DNA of 63,150 bases, counting the filler, from Bigelowiella natans CCMP2755 (Eukaryota > Protista > Cercozoa), in the NCBI GenBank assembly GCA_000320545.1. It is 6 parts of 6 records of this genome, joined end to end, with 100 filler letters (N's around TTAATTAATTAA, not from the genome) between each part and the next. Parts side by side here need not be neighbours in the genome. Positions count along the whole stretch, not along the records: positions 1 to 21,305 come from ADNK01002686.1; positions 21,406 to 35,783 come from ADNK01003578.1; 4 more parts are not named here. One strand, written 5' to 3'. The notes under the pieces were generated by a model. The model was given only the letters and a program-made list of their open reading frames with translations, had not been told where the DNA came from and ran no database searches. Position numbers and translations under genes: made by a program. The number at the start of each line of letters is the position of its first letter. Within the stretch, counting starts at the first letter, position 1. This document shows positions 12,671-24,362 of the stretch, one piece after another.

Positions 12671-15034
12671 TCATAGAATTCCAACGCTTTCCGATATTTC
12701 TCGGAATGTCTTTGATGTTTTCATTCGAACACGTATCTCGCTGTCAGTGAAGTGTTCGTAGCAAATCACGTTCATGTTCATCAGTTCCGGCTTAAATGAT
12801 GCACATGATAGACAGAAGAACTTGTACTTACTTTCATTTTGTATTTCTCTCATCTTTGATTTTCTTCTAGCACCTTCGATTTTCTTTTTCCTCACCGAAG
12901 ACTTGCATGTCGTGTCCATCACTTTCACAATGCTCAAATACAAAAACTCCTTGCAGTCATCGCAATATGCGATATGGGGATCAAACCACTCATCACGGAC
13001 TACACATTTGGCATTGGGGAAAACTTTATCAAATGTGGAGCGAGCAGTAATTTCTCCCTTCAACAGGTTCTGCAACGCCTAATCATGAGATATAGAAACT
13101 GTGTTTAGATTCATACTCACACAGAAAAGACGTAGGTAATTCAGCTATTGTTTCTCTATGGATTATTCTACGCACAAAATACTTGTAGAGCCCGATCCAA
13201 AAACACTCAGAAGTAGATTTGTACACGATTTCGGCCCACGGTATCGCAGGAACCCTCCTTTTTTCTTTGTTCAAAATAGAAGATATTAATCCGCTCACAA
13301 GCCAATCATCGTCTGCGAAATTAACGGCCTCTGCGAAGTTGAATCCTACATTGAACCCAGCGTGATACGCCTTGGGGAATGTTATGATAAATTCTCCCTG
13401 TCGTTGTATCATCTTGGAAATGCTTATATTCCGTTCCAGTAGAAGCACAGAGTCTATCATGGAGGTCCTTTTCCTTAGGCCTACATTATTGTTTTCTCGT
13501 TTTCGTTATTAGTTTCGGCATAATTTTCATTTTTAAAAAGGTGAGATGACTTTGAAACGACTTGAGTACTCACAAGGAGGAAAAGAACATTATAAGTATG
13601 TCACTATATTATTTCTTTACTTATACATGAAGCTATGTTCATGGATGAGGAGAAGGAGCGGTAGCTCTTTCGCGGCGGTCTGAATTGTAAATAAAACTAG
13701 TACCATGCATCTCTGCAATTTCAGAGAAGAGCTCCTCGTACAATCCCTCGAACTTGTATTGATCAGAGGCGGGAATGGCGTACCAAAACTTTGGTTCACC
13801 AAAATGCAGATAGTTAATGCTATAGAGGAAATCATCCTCTATATGCCAACAAAATGCGCTGTTTTGCGAACCGATATACGAGTAAGAGCTTGATATTCCT
13901 GGGAGGACCATGCTGGTATACCGGAGGAGTCCCTTTTCAAGAGTTGGTATTCTACGCAAGTTCCACTCGCTTTGTTCTTCCTCGATTTGCGGAGGCAGAG
14001 ATATCGAGATCACTTGCGTATAAAGCCTTGAAATGAATGTCGATGATGATACGAGTAGGTTATCTTTAAGAACATCGAAGATAATCTACCTTATATTTTT
14101 TCTTGTCACATCTTATATAGTCCCAGAATGCCGCCTCTACTTCTTCAACAGTTTCAGGGCTGAATATTATAATTGTCAGGAAAAGCATATCTATCTTCAT
14201 ATGTATTGTAGATAAAATACTTCAACATTTGTCACCTCGAGTTGTCCAGAGTCATTTCTTTGGCTTGTTCTTTGAACTCGTGAAATGTTGTATACCCCTA
14301 AAATTAAAAAATGATGGGAAAAGCCTAACTGGATGTATTGTCTATTAATATATCGTACTTTGCGGCTCAACGAACTTATTTGCACGGCATTCTTGGTCTC
14401 ATAGTAGTCGACGATCCGTCGTCTTTTGCACCGAAAACGCTCTCCGGGTGGATGAAACTCTGGTGCGAATTCCATCGGGGGAATAACCTTGCAAGCTCCG
14501 AACTCCCTCGCCTTTATGATTTGGATTATATTAATAACTTTCCGTAATCTGTTGCCATCGTACAGATGCATTACTTCAGGTGAGATTTTCGTCACGTAGT
14601 CATGAAAGTCTTTGAATTCTTCCACGGTCGGGCGAAAAACTTTGAAAGATGGAATATTCTGACGCTGCATCTGAAGGAAAATCAAAGAATCTATAGTTGG
14701 AAGGAAAAACTATACTTTATGTAAGTAGCTAAGTGGAAATTAACCTGGATCTCGCGTTTAGGCTCCTTCTGTGCCCTTCTCGTTCTTTTTGGATAATATC
14801 GGAATGACTCCGAAGTGTTGATTGGCCCTGATAGAACAACGATATTTCAGAGATCAGCGGCATTAGTAGATGGAAAAATCGATTAGCAGAGAATCTTAAA
14901 CTTTGTCGTTTGATGATCTTCTCCGGAGTAAGATGAAGACTGGCACTGGCGGCAGGTTCGAACTCAATTGAGATGAGGTTCGAACTGGATTTCCCTCTCC
15001 GTCTTTCTTGATGCAATACTTTTCTGGTATACAT
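12671..15034 (-). CDS. JmjN/JmjC histone lysine demethylase (KDM5/JARID-like) with C-terminal Cys-rich (C5HC2-like) region
   Basis: JmjN VFRPTVEEFKDF..FGACKVIPP; JmjC FCWHIEDD..SINYLHFGEPKFWYAIP..QRQGEFIITFPKAYHAGFNVGFNFAEAVNFA with Fe ligands H-x-E..H intact; YCDDCKEFLYLS..FCLSC. Start codon uncertain. Confidence 0.9.
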
Positions 15035-15284
15035 TTTCTAGAGGGATACGGAGGACCACATTTTGTTAGTGTGTTACCGTTAGAGACTCAAATGATTCAG
15101 AAAGTTGGTACTCGTCGACCTAGGAACTGTTGCCTCAATCAATGGAAACTAAACGTAGAACCTTCGCTGATTAGACGGTACAGATGTATCAAAATTTCAT
15201 TTTTGAGGGGTGATGTAGGTCTAGATAGGTCCCAAATGCACATGCCCTCAACATTTCCACCATCGACGTTCGAACTTGCAGCCA

Positions 15285-16320
15285 CTTCACATGTGGTTCT
15301 GGCGCATGTAGTTTTGATCAACGCTTTCTTCATTGTTCATTGTTCATTGTTCACCCCAATCTCTTCGATTTAAGGATGTCGTAGCGTGTGGTTCGCTTCC
15401 AAAGCGCCTGAAAACTCTTCCTAGAAGAGAACACTTGCACGGTTTCCTGCATGTGATGAAGCTGGTTGATCATCACGTTTTCGTTTGTCAAAACCATCGG
15501 AGATGCAGTCCGATCACGGTCGCCGTCACCAACTTTCGCATGCAAATGCTTGTGATTTTTTCGGTCTCTTCACCAACAGGGTGCTGACAAGTCCTTGCAA
15601 CGAGTGTTGTTGAGGCTCTGCTGCGTGCAAATGCCTGTCTCCCATGTGGTTCTGGCGCATGTAGTTTTTGATCAACGCTTTGTTCATTGTTCATTGTTCA
15701 TTGTTCATTGTGTCCCATGTGGTTCTTGCGCATGCAGATTTGATCAACGCTTTTGTTCATTGTTCATTGTTCATTGTTCGAGCTGGCATGTCCTTGCAAC
15801 GAGTGTTGTTGAGGCTCTGCTGCGTGCAAATGCCTGTCTCCTACGTGGTTCTGGCGCATGTGGTTTTTGATCAACGCTTTGTTCATTGTTCATTGTTCAT
15901 TGGCATCTGTGTGAACGGAGAGTGCTCGTAGATCCCAAGAAGGAAAAGCCAGAAAAAAAACAATTCGGTTCCCACAACTGCAGGGATTTTCCCTGAAAAA
16001 ACTTCGGCATGCGATGCTCTCGTTTGAGGCCCGTCAGTGTCCGGAGATTCATTCATCAATCTCGGGGAAAAAGAGAGCTGGTCGATGAACACGAATCTTG
16101 AACGAGTGTTGTTGAGGCTCTGCTGCGTGCAAATGCCTGTCTCCCATGTGGTTCTGGCGCGTGTGGTTTTTGATCAACGCTTTGTTCATTGTTCATTGTT
16201 CATTGTTCATTGAATCTTGAATCTTGCGCCACGTGCCACGTGCAAATGCCTGTCTCCCATGTGGTTCTGGCGCATGCAGATTTGATGACGCTTTGTTCAT
16301 TGTTCATTGTTCATTGCCAC
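15285..16320. repeat. Irregular tandem repeat array (~120-bp unit ending in TCATTGT heptamers)
   Basis: Full units at ~15591, ~15790 and ~16101; partial units at ~15289, ~15711 and ~16239; shared core CATGTGGTTCTGGCGCATGTRG(T)nGATCAACGC..(TCATTGT)n. Confidence 0.9.
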
Positions 16321-17287
16321 AACTGCACCCTCCCCACCATTGAAAAATCTGCCACTGTGAGCACGTGCATGACCCCAAAGGAATCTCATCACATGAAGGC
16401 TTCGTGAAAATCTGGGAAAAAGTGAAACAAGAAGCAAAGCCAGAAAGATGAAGGTGTGGCCACGCTTGTTTCCACACGTGAATTCTGGCATCTGGACTGC
16501 CAAAACAATTGGCACGTGTCGATCGTTGCGATCGCAGGCGTGTGTTGCGTGGGAAGGAAGATTCGAAAACCGCGCATTCGCACGAACACGACGTGAGCTC
16601 GCGGCGCTACGCACGAACAATGTGCACAGTGCTGCCCGTCACCCGCTGGCCTGCTTGAGCGAACCTCATCCTTTCCAGCTTTTGCCGCCACTTCTGGACT
16701 TCCAGACTTGCCAGCTTGCCAGCTTGTGCCAGTTTGGTCCTAGCGACGCGATCGAATTGCAAGCATTGCTAGATTGGCTAGTTTCATTGGACGTTTGGTT
16801 GTCGAAAACATGTTCAGTGGTGAAACCCGTCCTCCCATTTTTTTTTGTCATTGCAAACATTGCAGGAAAAATGATTGCTACACATCAAATCACATTCAAA
16901 TGTGTGATATTGCTGTGTCCATCATGGCCTGTGCATGCCTTCGCATCAAGCAGCATGTTGTCACTGACGCACAGAACTCACAGTCAGGTGGTGATGGGTG
17001 GACACGTGTTGCTTGCACGACGACATCGGATGCTCAGACGTGATCGGACATGCTAGCATCATACTACACTAGCACACAACAAACACACACATGTGTCAGG
17101 GGCAAGTGGCAAAATGCATGCGATTTGCTCGAATTGCACAGCATGATGTGTTGTTAGACTGCATCGTGTCGCATGGTAGCTTCTTACAACATGTGTACAT
17201 GTACAACACACATGTATCAATGAAATATGGAAGCTAACTAGCATAAATAATAGATTCGTAAAGCCATTCATTGTGCAACAAAATCTT

Positions 17288-17593
17288 CTAGGGAAGGATT
17301 TCGATGACGGGTTTCTCGAGGCCATCTGCTCCTCTATCCGAAACGACAACCGATCTTTCTAGTCTGCTAACTTCAGAGCCTCGATTGTCTTTGCTGTTGC
17401 TGTTGCCATCCTCCATCTTATTTAGTACATCATCGAAATCCTCTGTAGCTTCAGATCCTGTGCTTGGTGTGAGACTTCTGATTTTTTTTCTGAAAGTGTC
17501 GTACACGCGCTTTGGTTTTGGGGAATCGTCGGATCGCACTGAAAATACCAATAATAATAATAATGAATCATGGGAATCATAGCATCGACGATA

Positions 17594-17628
<35 letters not shown>

Positions 17629-19815
17629 AGCAGCGAAGAAGGACGAGTCCATCACACACCTCTTGTTCTGTTCCTCTTCGTTGCCATTGATGTGCGCCGT
17701 GGGGAGGATATGCCCACAGTGAAGTTCCACTCAGGACCAGACAAATCCTACAACATCGGGCGACAACACAAATATGATGATGAAGTTTCGCATTTCTATT
17801 GGAAGAGAGTGAAGTAGCTGTGTACGATGCAGAAGCATAGTAGTGCTGTCCATCGGTGTTGCTACTACTACCGGTTGCCGCAGTTGCGATTTCGAGTAGC
17901 CAATGTTTACCCTCTCCTTCCGTCCTAGCATCTTCGTCCTTTAAGATAATGAAGATTGTATTGATGTTCATGCCAGCGATACTACGCGTGTGAGAAGACA
18001 GTAATCGGCTATAAGATCATCCTTCGCGTCTATAGGGAATATCATCTACCATACATATCAATCTGAACATCCGATTTCGTGCACTACCATAGCGCAGGAA
18101 GAGGCAGTTGCGCCTCTCTTCTCCTTGGCTGAGAGTAGTAATGGGGGAGCAACCGGGGTCTGGCGAAATCGATTTGTAGCTTCGAATTGCGAAGATACAC
18201 ACCGCAGCGATTAACAACACGGACTGCTCCTCGAATATCCGTCATCATGGCTCTATTAGGAGGGGGGGGAGAGGAAGGGAAGAGGTGGGGAGGGGGGTGG
18301 CCCAAGCGTGGCAAAGGAAAACAGTGGAAGAATCATAGGGTAAATATAGTACAATGGCAAGTAGCAAAGAGACGAAGAACGAATAAACAATAAGGCAAAA
18401 ACGAGTATCTAAATATGTATATGTCAATAAAACATTACGCTAGTAAAAGATGATACTCGATGAATGCTAATCCCCATTTGCACGTGCAACAGAGCGGAGG
18501 GAATGGGAATATATCCTGTTTTTATTCGGATATGTATTTTACAACCTAGCTGCCAATTTTCGAGTGCCATTAAGTTCTTTCATCTCCATCGATGCCACAG
18601 CCTGACAGCATTCATACGCACGCAGACAAGAACGCACACACACACACACACGCACACACACAATACGCACATAGAGAGGGAGGGGGGGTGGGGGGGGAGG
18701 AAATGTATGTCTTATTACACACACACACTCTCTCTCTCTTACACTTACACAATGAATACACCACCTCCCTAACCCCTCCCCCGCCCCCGCCCCCATCATC
18801 AAATAACACACGCTCATCACCCCTGATCGGTTGAGGAACCCCATAAGCTCCGCCTGTGTTATGTCTTCGGAGATGTTGAAGATCCACACGTTCAGGCTCG
18901 GATGGCCTACCGCCACGCGAGCATTCCGAGAGCCGAAGCGAATCCGTTTCTGGAAGATAAGAGCACGAGGCTCACACGTGAGCGTGCGTTCGAAATTGGC
19001 ACAGGAAACGGCGCGTAATATCTAAATAAAGCGCACTACCGTTAACTTCTCTTGCAGCGTTGAGACAAGCGTTTCGGTTTGATCAAAGTCCACAACAGCC
19101 ATCGTGCTGCCTTGTTCCTACGAAGGCGATGGAAGGCGAAGCAAAAATTTTAGGTTGATCTATATGATATCCATTGCCTCTCCCCACTCCCTGCTACTTC
19201 TTTTTACCTGTGTGTACTTCTGCATCATCGTAACTCCCCTGTTGTTGTGATGATGATGATGATGACGATGACGATGATCATGGATGCATGCAAAAATATG
19301 TGAGAGATCAGTAGATGTCTCACGCGCGTCCACCTCGCATAAGGCTGATGATGGAAGAAGATGCTGCGTGGATCTTACGTGTGTGGAAACAAGAATTTCC
19401 TTTTTATTCAAATAAACGCCCCGTTCACTCTCGAATGATAAGGGTGAAATTCGTTTTACGTAATCATTTGAAAAAAGAGGTGGGGTAATGGTGACAGCAG
19501 AACAATCTTCTGTACGTTTCCTACCTAATACATCCCTGAGAGCTGTTTCTATCAAACGCTCTTCTAATCTCTTCTTCAGTGGTGCCCTTTGGTAGATTTC
19601 CTACGATGATGCTCGTCGCATTAGACACTCGGCGCTCCTCCTATTATATATATATCACAGAGACGCATAATAACAACGGTCATCAGAGCAGCTTCCTTCT
19701 CGCCGAGAAGACTATATCGATATAATACGGGTGGGAGAAGAGTAAAAATCTACTCTCGGATTCAGGCTATCAGCAGCCCAGTGAAAGGCTCTTTGTAGCA
19801 AAACGAAAATACGAG

Positions 19816-19879
<64 letters not shown>

Positions 19880-21185
19880 TGTATATATTGATTCTATGCT
19901 GGTGCTGCAAGTGCCAACCGAGAGCCTAGGCAATCTCATCAGCTCCAAGCGCATGACTTTCCCCGCAAGGACAGCTCCAAACTTATCCATAACGGCCTAT
20001 CAAAGTATCTATTTTGGCACCGTCTTTGGGGTCTGGGGAGGGTGTACGTGCAACCAGCCCCCCCAAAAACACAATGATGATACAGATCTCGCCAGATTCA
20101 GCAGCTTTAATCGGCAACGAGTATATGATAAATGCAAAGGTGTTTCATCGAAAACAAAAGGGGATTACTATACCACCGCTCTATTAGCTGCTACTACTGA
20201 GGAGAATTTATCGGAGGCATTAAATGGTATTTTGGAGTCTCTATGATTTCGTCGCTACCTTGTAGGCTTCGTCTGTATTCGAGAACTCGATCACGGCATT
20301 CCCCGTCCAATTGCCTCTCTCTTTAATCCAGCTCACGCTCCAAACCTTGCGAAGATCAAACGCAATAGCAAACGAAGTAGATGAGGGCAATGCCTTATAG
20401 CTGGAGATTCTTGTAGAATTCAGTGATAACTTCGGCGTTGCTAGTGGATGCAATCGAGGAGCAAAAGTTGTTCGAATCGTATACAATGCACTCAATGACA
20501 TCATATATAATGAACGCAGAGCGAGGAGAAATCTCCTTCTCTCTACTTTACAACGCCGGTCAAAATTTGGCCAAACAAATGTTAAAACACACACTGAAGG
20601 AATGACTATTGGAAGACAGCAGAGACTTGAGTTCTCCACCCTCATCATGATAATCAGCGATTTGGCTACTCAAAACCCCAATTCAAAGGCACTCATTCGT
20701 CGTTTATTTCTCGCACCTGGCCACACGATCCGAAGAATGACCGCAACCTTTAGAATGCAATAGCAAGAGGGCAAAGGAAAAGGCGCATCATTCAAGAGGA
20801 AGGGATGTATACTTCGAGGTCCTTCATTGGAAATCATCTATGCAGGCAAACATTTCTCTAACCATTACGGTATGAGATTCGTGAGAGTTTTTTTTTTTAA
20901 TTTTGGAACGGGGGGGGGAGGGCGGGGGGTTCAACATATGTACTATGCTTACCGTTTCTCATCGACATGAGGCGAGAGATTAAAAGCCAAAACATGCTGA
21001 TGAGGATAAAGAGCAGATCATCAAGTATGAATCTTAAAAGAAGGTAATTCAGAGGGATCTTCTCTTTCTCCCCGTTCTTCTTTGGTGAGTAGGCTAGCAC
21101 TGCATTGGAGCTGAAAATGGTACAGCAACCTTGGTTGGTTTTATCATCTGCACACGCAGCAGCCGACCATCGACTCTGTGGCCTA
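17288..21185 (-). CDS. Multi-RRM RNA-binding protein (5' end lost in gap)
   Basis: Spliced GHRVDGRLLRVQMIKPTK|HVLAFNLSPHVDEKR|LRSFFGSCGQ|VWSVSWIKERGNWTGNAVIEFSNTDEAYK|AVMDKFGAVLAGKVMRLEL forms a complete RRM; another RRM NVWIFNISEDITQAELMGFL..GVYLRNSKLQIDFARPR; C-terminus EKPVIEILP* at 17288. Confidence 0.8.
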
Positions 21186-21229
21186 TATTGCACGATTGCA
21201 GCACACATATAGACACATAAGTGCAAACA

Positions 21230-21270
<41 letters not shown>

Positions 21271-21305
21271 ACAGGACGGGGGGGCGGAGACGAAGAGAGA
21301 GGGGG

Positions 21306-21405
21306 NNNNNNNNNNNNNNNNNNNNNNNNNNNNNNNNNNNNNNNNNNNNTTAATTAATTAANNNNNNNNNNNNNNNNNNNNNNNNNNNNNNNNNNNNNNN
21401 NNNNN
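21306..21405. other. Assembly gap / artificial contig linker
   Basis: N44-TTAATTAATTAA-N44 six-frame stop linker. Confidence 0.98.
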
Positions 21406-21559
21406 CTGTGTATAATCTGGTACAATTGCTTTGTATTCCTTGGATGCCGGAGATATGGAAGGGGAAGTGTGGATACAAGTGCGCGCAGTGTGAATACTGC
21501 TTGGATCGTGAGCTATGGAAACTGTTTCGCTTCTCTGAACGCACACTGTTTCTCACACC

Positions 21560-21722
21560 CCCCTTCAATATTAACGTTAGACAACTCATACGTGATGACG
21601 TTATACGATTATATCATATATCTGGCAAGGAACAACCTGCAGATATATTGACTAAACCTATAGGGCGAACACCGACACTGGCATGTTGCCAGAAGTTCTA
21701 CGCTAACATACGTACTAAGTAG
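21560..21722 (+). mobile_element. Ty1/Copia retrotransposon RNase H C-terminal fragment
   Basis: INVRQLIRDDVIRLYHISGKEQPADILTKPI matches the conserved Copia RNase H tail (..I.L..I...EQ.ADILTKPL); followed by ~1 kb of TA-rich non-coding sequence. Confidence 0.75.
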
Positions 21723-23867
21723 TACCTCTATGGGGCCGGTTAAGCCGGCGCATGTCGCCTCCTAGGGACATGGCTTTAGCCTACGTCGACGTTTAATACG
21801 TGACGTTAAGCTGGAATAGTCCTACTATATGGTTGCTGGCGTCGACGCTTAATACGTGACGCCAGGCTTCTCCTCCACTACCTATAATATATATATATTA
21901 TATATATAGGTGTCTATCACGGTGTGTAATGGTTAACATACATACCGTATGGGGTGTTATGCTAACCCCCATAAGCCTCAAGCTTCTCCAGCTCGGGAGG
22001 CGTTAGCCTCTGCGGCTGGGGGGAGCACTTGCTGCTGCTGGGGAGGCGTCCAAGACAAACCTATAAATTATAGGACACATTACTTGTAATACTTTACTAC
22101 AGTAAGTATCGCTATAGAATACATACAGTTGTATTAACTGTTATATTAACATCTGAAATATATGCAGCAATTAACGCTGATATATGTTCTATACTTAATA
22201 GGAACTATGAAATTATAGTGTATGCAGCATAGCTGATATATTATAATTATAGTTATATACCGAGCTAATACTGACACAATAAGTGTTCAGTTATATGGCT
22301 GGTTTCAATACATTACTACATGCAGCAATAAGCTGGCTTATATCAAAAGAATATCATTCTATAGAGCTACAGTTGGCATGTTAATCATGCAACTGTGAGC
22401 CTATATAAAATCTATAGAATTTGTAGGGTGTTGCTGGTATTAAATTAAGCAACACCGCTACTAATAAATATATGCGGGTTAACCCCGATGTGTAATATAC
22501 TCAACATTGCTATCTGCAGTGGTGTCCTACGAGTGATAAGGATTACCTTGTTGAGAATTAGTTTTCAGGCTCAGTTCGAACCTGTGAACACAATAGAATA
22601 CTCGGTCATTATAACTGGTATTGAATTATAAATTTTCCGGTTAAGCATTAAGGAGAGAAAGGAACCTGTAGTTGCTTGATGCTAACTACACCCTGCGATT
22701 ATTGGTTTCCTACCTTTCCGGTTCTTCCCGGACAATTTTTCGCTTTGCGAGGCGGATGGTTTCACGAAATTGAAACCCGCCTTTTGCTGGAATATGCAAA
22801 GGAAAAATAATCAAGTTAGTTTGTATCCTTGTCTTTGATGAAGAAAGGACACCAATGCAAAAAGAACATTGAACAATTACCTTCCCCACACCGCATTTCC
22901 TTTACGGACCTTTGGTCCGGAGGAAAATCCTTCTGGTTCGCGTACTGATTGTAGCGAACAGAACGGAAACAAACAAAGTAATTGGTTCAAGTCCTTTCCT
23001 TTCAAAAGGAAGGATATTCATAATAAAAAATACAAAGGCCACTCAATTTTGCAAGTTGAAGGGGGGTTAGGGGTTACCTTGAGTTTTTCCTTTCCTTTTC
23101 TTTCCCCCCCCCCCACACCCCCCCTCTCTCCCTTCCATTCCACCTTCGTATTTTTGTGAGTGTGTGGATATTTTTCCTGACATTTTTCTCGCTTGGCGTA
23201 ATAACCGCCTGCATTTTTTGCGATCATTTTGCATTTTCGTAGGGATCAACCTCATTTTGAGAAAATGAAATAGTGCTTAGTGCACAAAGATTGTTTTTTA
23301 CAATTTCGCATTTCGAATTTTTTCGAATTTTTCGAAACCGAAATTAATTCGGTAACAAATTTGCAAATTGGGGAGGCGGATGGCTGCTCTTCGTGAGAGC
23401 TTTCCTCCTCGTAATTGTGGCGTCAGCTGCCACGAGTGATGCATTCTGACATCAGTGATGTAGATGCAGTTGACGGTGAAGCGGATGGCTGCACCTCCGT
23501 TCGGTTCGCATGCAGAACGAGCGGAAGGTGCGAGCATGCATCGCCACTCACCGTGCAACTCAAGCATTGCAACTGGTTGTGCAGGATCATCGTGGCAGGC
23601 CGTGCCCTGAGCCACCGAATCGAACTGCACGTGCGTTGCAGTGAGTTCGATTCTGGAGCTGTTGCACATTGTGCAAAGCAACGGGAGGTTTTTGCGGCCA
23701 TTGGCGCTTCCTACCCATGCATGCATTGCATGCATTCAAGCCTGCAGCTCGACCACGAGTGAGTGCAAGCTTCCAATGGCGGCAACGCATGTGGTGGCCT
23801 GCTTGATTGAAGAGGCATCGCATGCGCAGCATGATGCATCGGTTTGCCCGTTGTGGAAACGTGCATG

Positions 23868-23892
23868 TGTAGTGCGTACTACTACGCGAGCA
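23868..23892 (+). repeat. 25-bp LTR 5'-end remnant
   Basis: TGTAGTGCGTACTACTACGCGAGCA, identical to the start of the LTR at 29385; preceded by CATG. Confidence 0.85.
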
Positions 23893-23997
23893 ATTTGGGA
23901 GGCGTGTTGATGCTCCCATGTTCGCGCAAGTTCTACATGCACAATGTGAAACAATGCCAGAACAACGATGCACACAATGCGTGCTGTGTCCACAGTC

Positions 23998-24323
23998 TGT
24001 AGCGCGTACCACTACGCGGGCACAAGTCACGTGCGACAACAAAGGGGTTGTCGCGGATATAGAATATAGATAACGTAGATATTAATACAGCATAGGCACG
24101 TGGGTTCCGGCGGGACTCATGGCAGCACACCGGAAGTGTGCTGCCCCACGTGCGGCGGCATTCGCGAAAGCTTCGCGAATGATTACGCAGTGCACGATTT
24201 AATAAAAATATAATCTTTAATAAAAATAAACACAACTCTTCAAAAGGAAGCAAACGTGCCTTTCCCCCCCCCTGCCTACTTGTGCACGTAGCGCCTCGGC
24301 CTGTGAACACCTTACGCGCAACA
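23998..24323 (+). repeat. 5' LTR of Gypsy copy 1
   Basis: TGTAGCGCG..CGCAACA; AATAAA motifs at 24201-24230; identical to the LTR of copy 2. Confidence 0.95.
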
Positions 24324-24328
24324 ACCTT

Positions 24329-24346
24329 TGGCTTCCACACACGGGA
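24329..24346 (+). promoter_or_regulatory. Primer-binding site (tRNA-Glu/Asp-like)
   Basis: TGGCTTCCACACACGGGA, 5 nt after the LTR; reverse complement TC-CCGTG-TGTGGAA-G-CCA fits the 3' 18 nt of a tRNA with a G discriminator. tRNA identity is inferred. Confidence 0.7.
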
Positions 24347-24362
24347 AACGATTTGACTAACA

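Noticed and set aside
15591-16320. CRISPR-like repeat/spacer appearance
   Set aside because: Long degenerate units, irregular spacing, eukaryotic context and no cas genes.
16448-17056. Long Cys/His-rich ORFs in TpA-depleted zones (also 23298-24042, 29916-30290, 46103-46453)
   Set aside because: Loss of TAA and most TAG stops opens frames, and loss of Tyr codons inflates Cys/His; no convincing domains.
15230-17200. Explaining the TG/CA excess by 5mC CpG decay or classical RIP
   Set aside because: CpG remains frequent while TpA is missing; CpG decay leaves TpA intact and RIP increases it.
21350-21361. Recurrent palindrome TTAATTAATTAA (five copies)
   Set aside because: Always centred in 100-bp N blocks; an artificial six-frame-stop linker. 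Adjacency across these gaps is not trusted.
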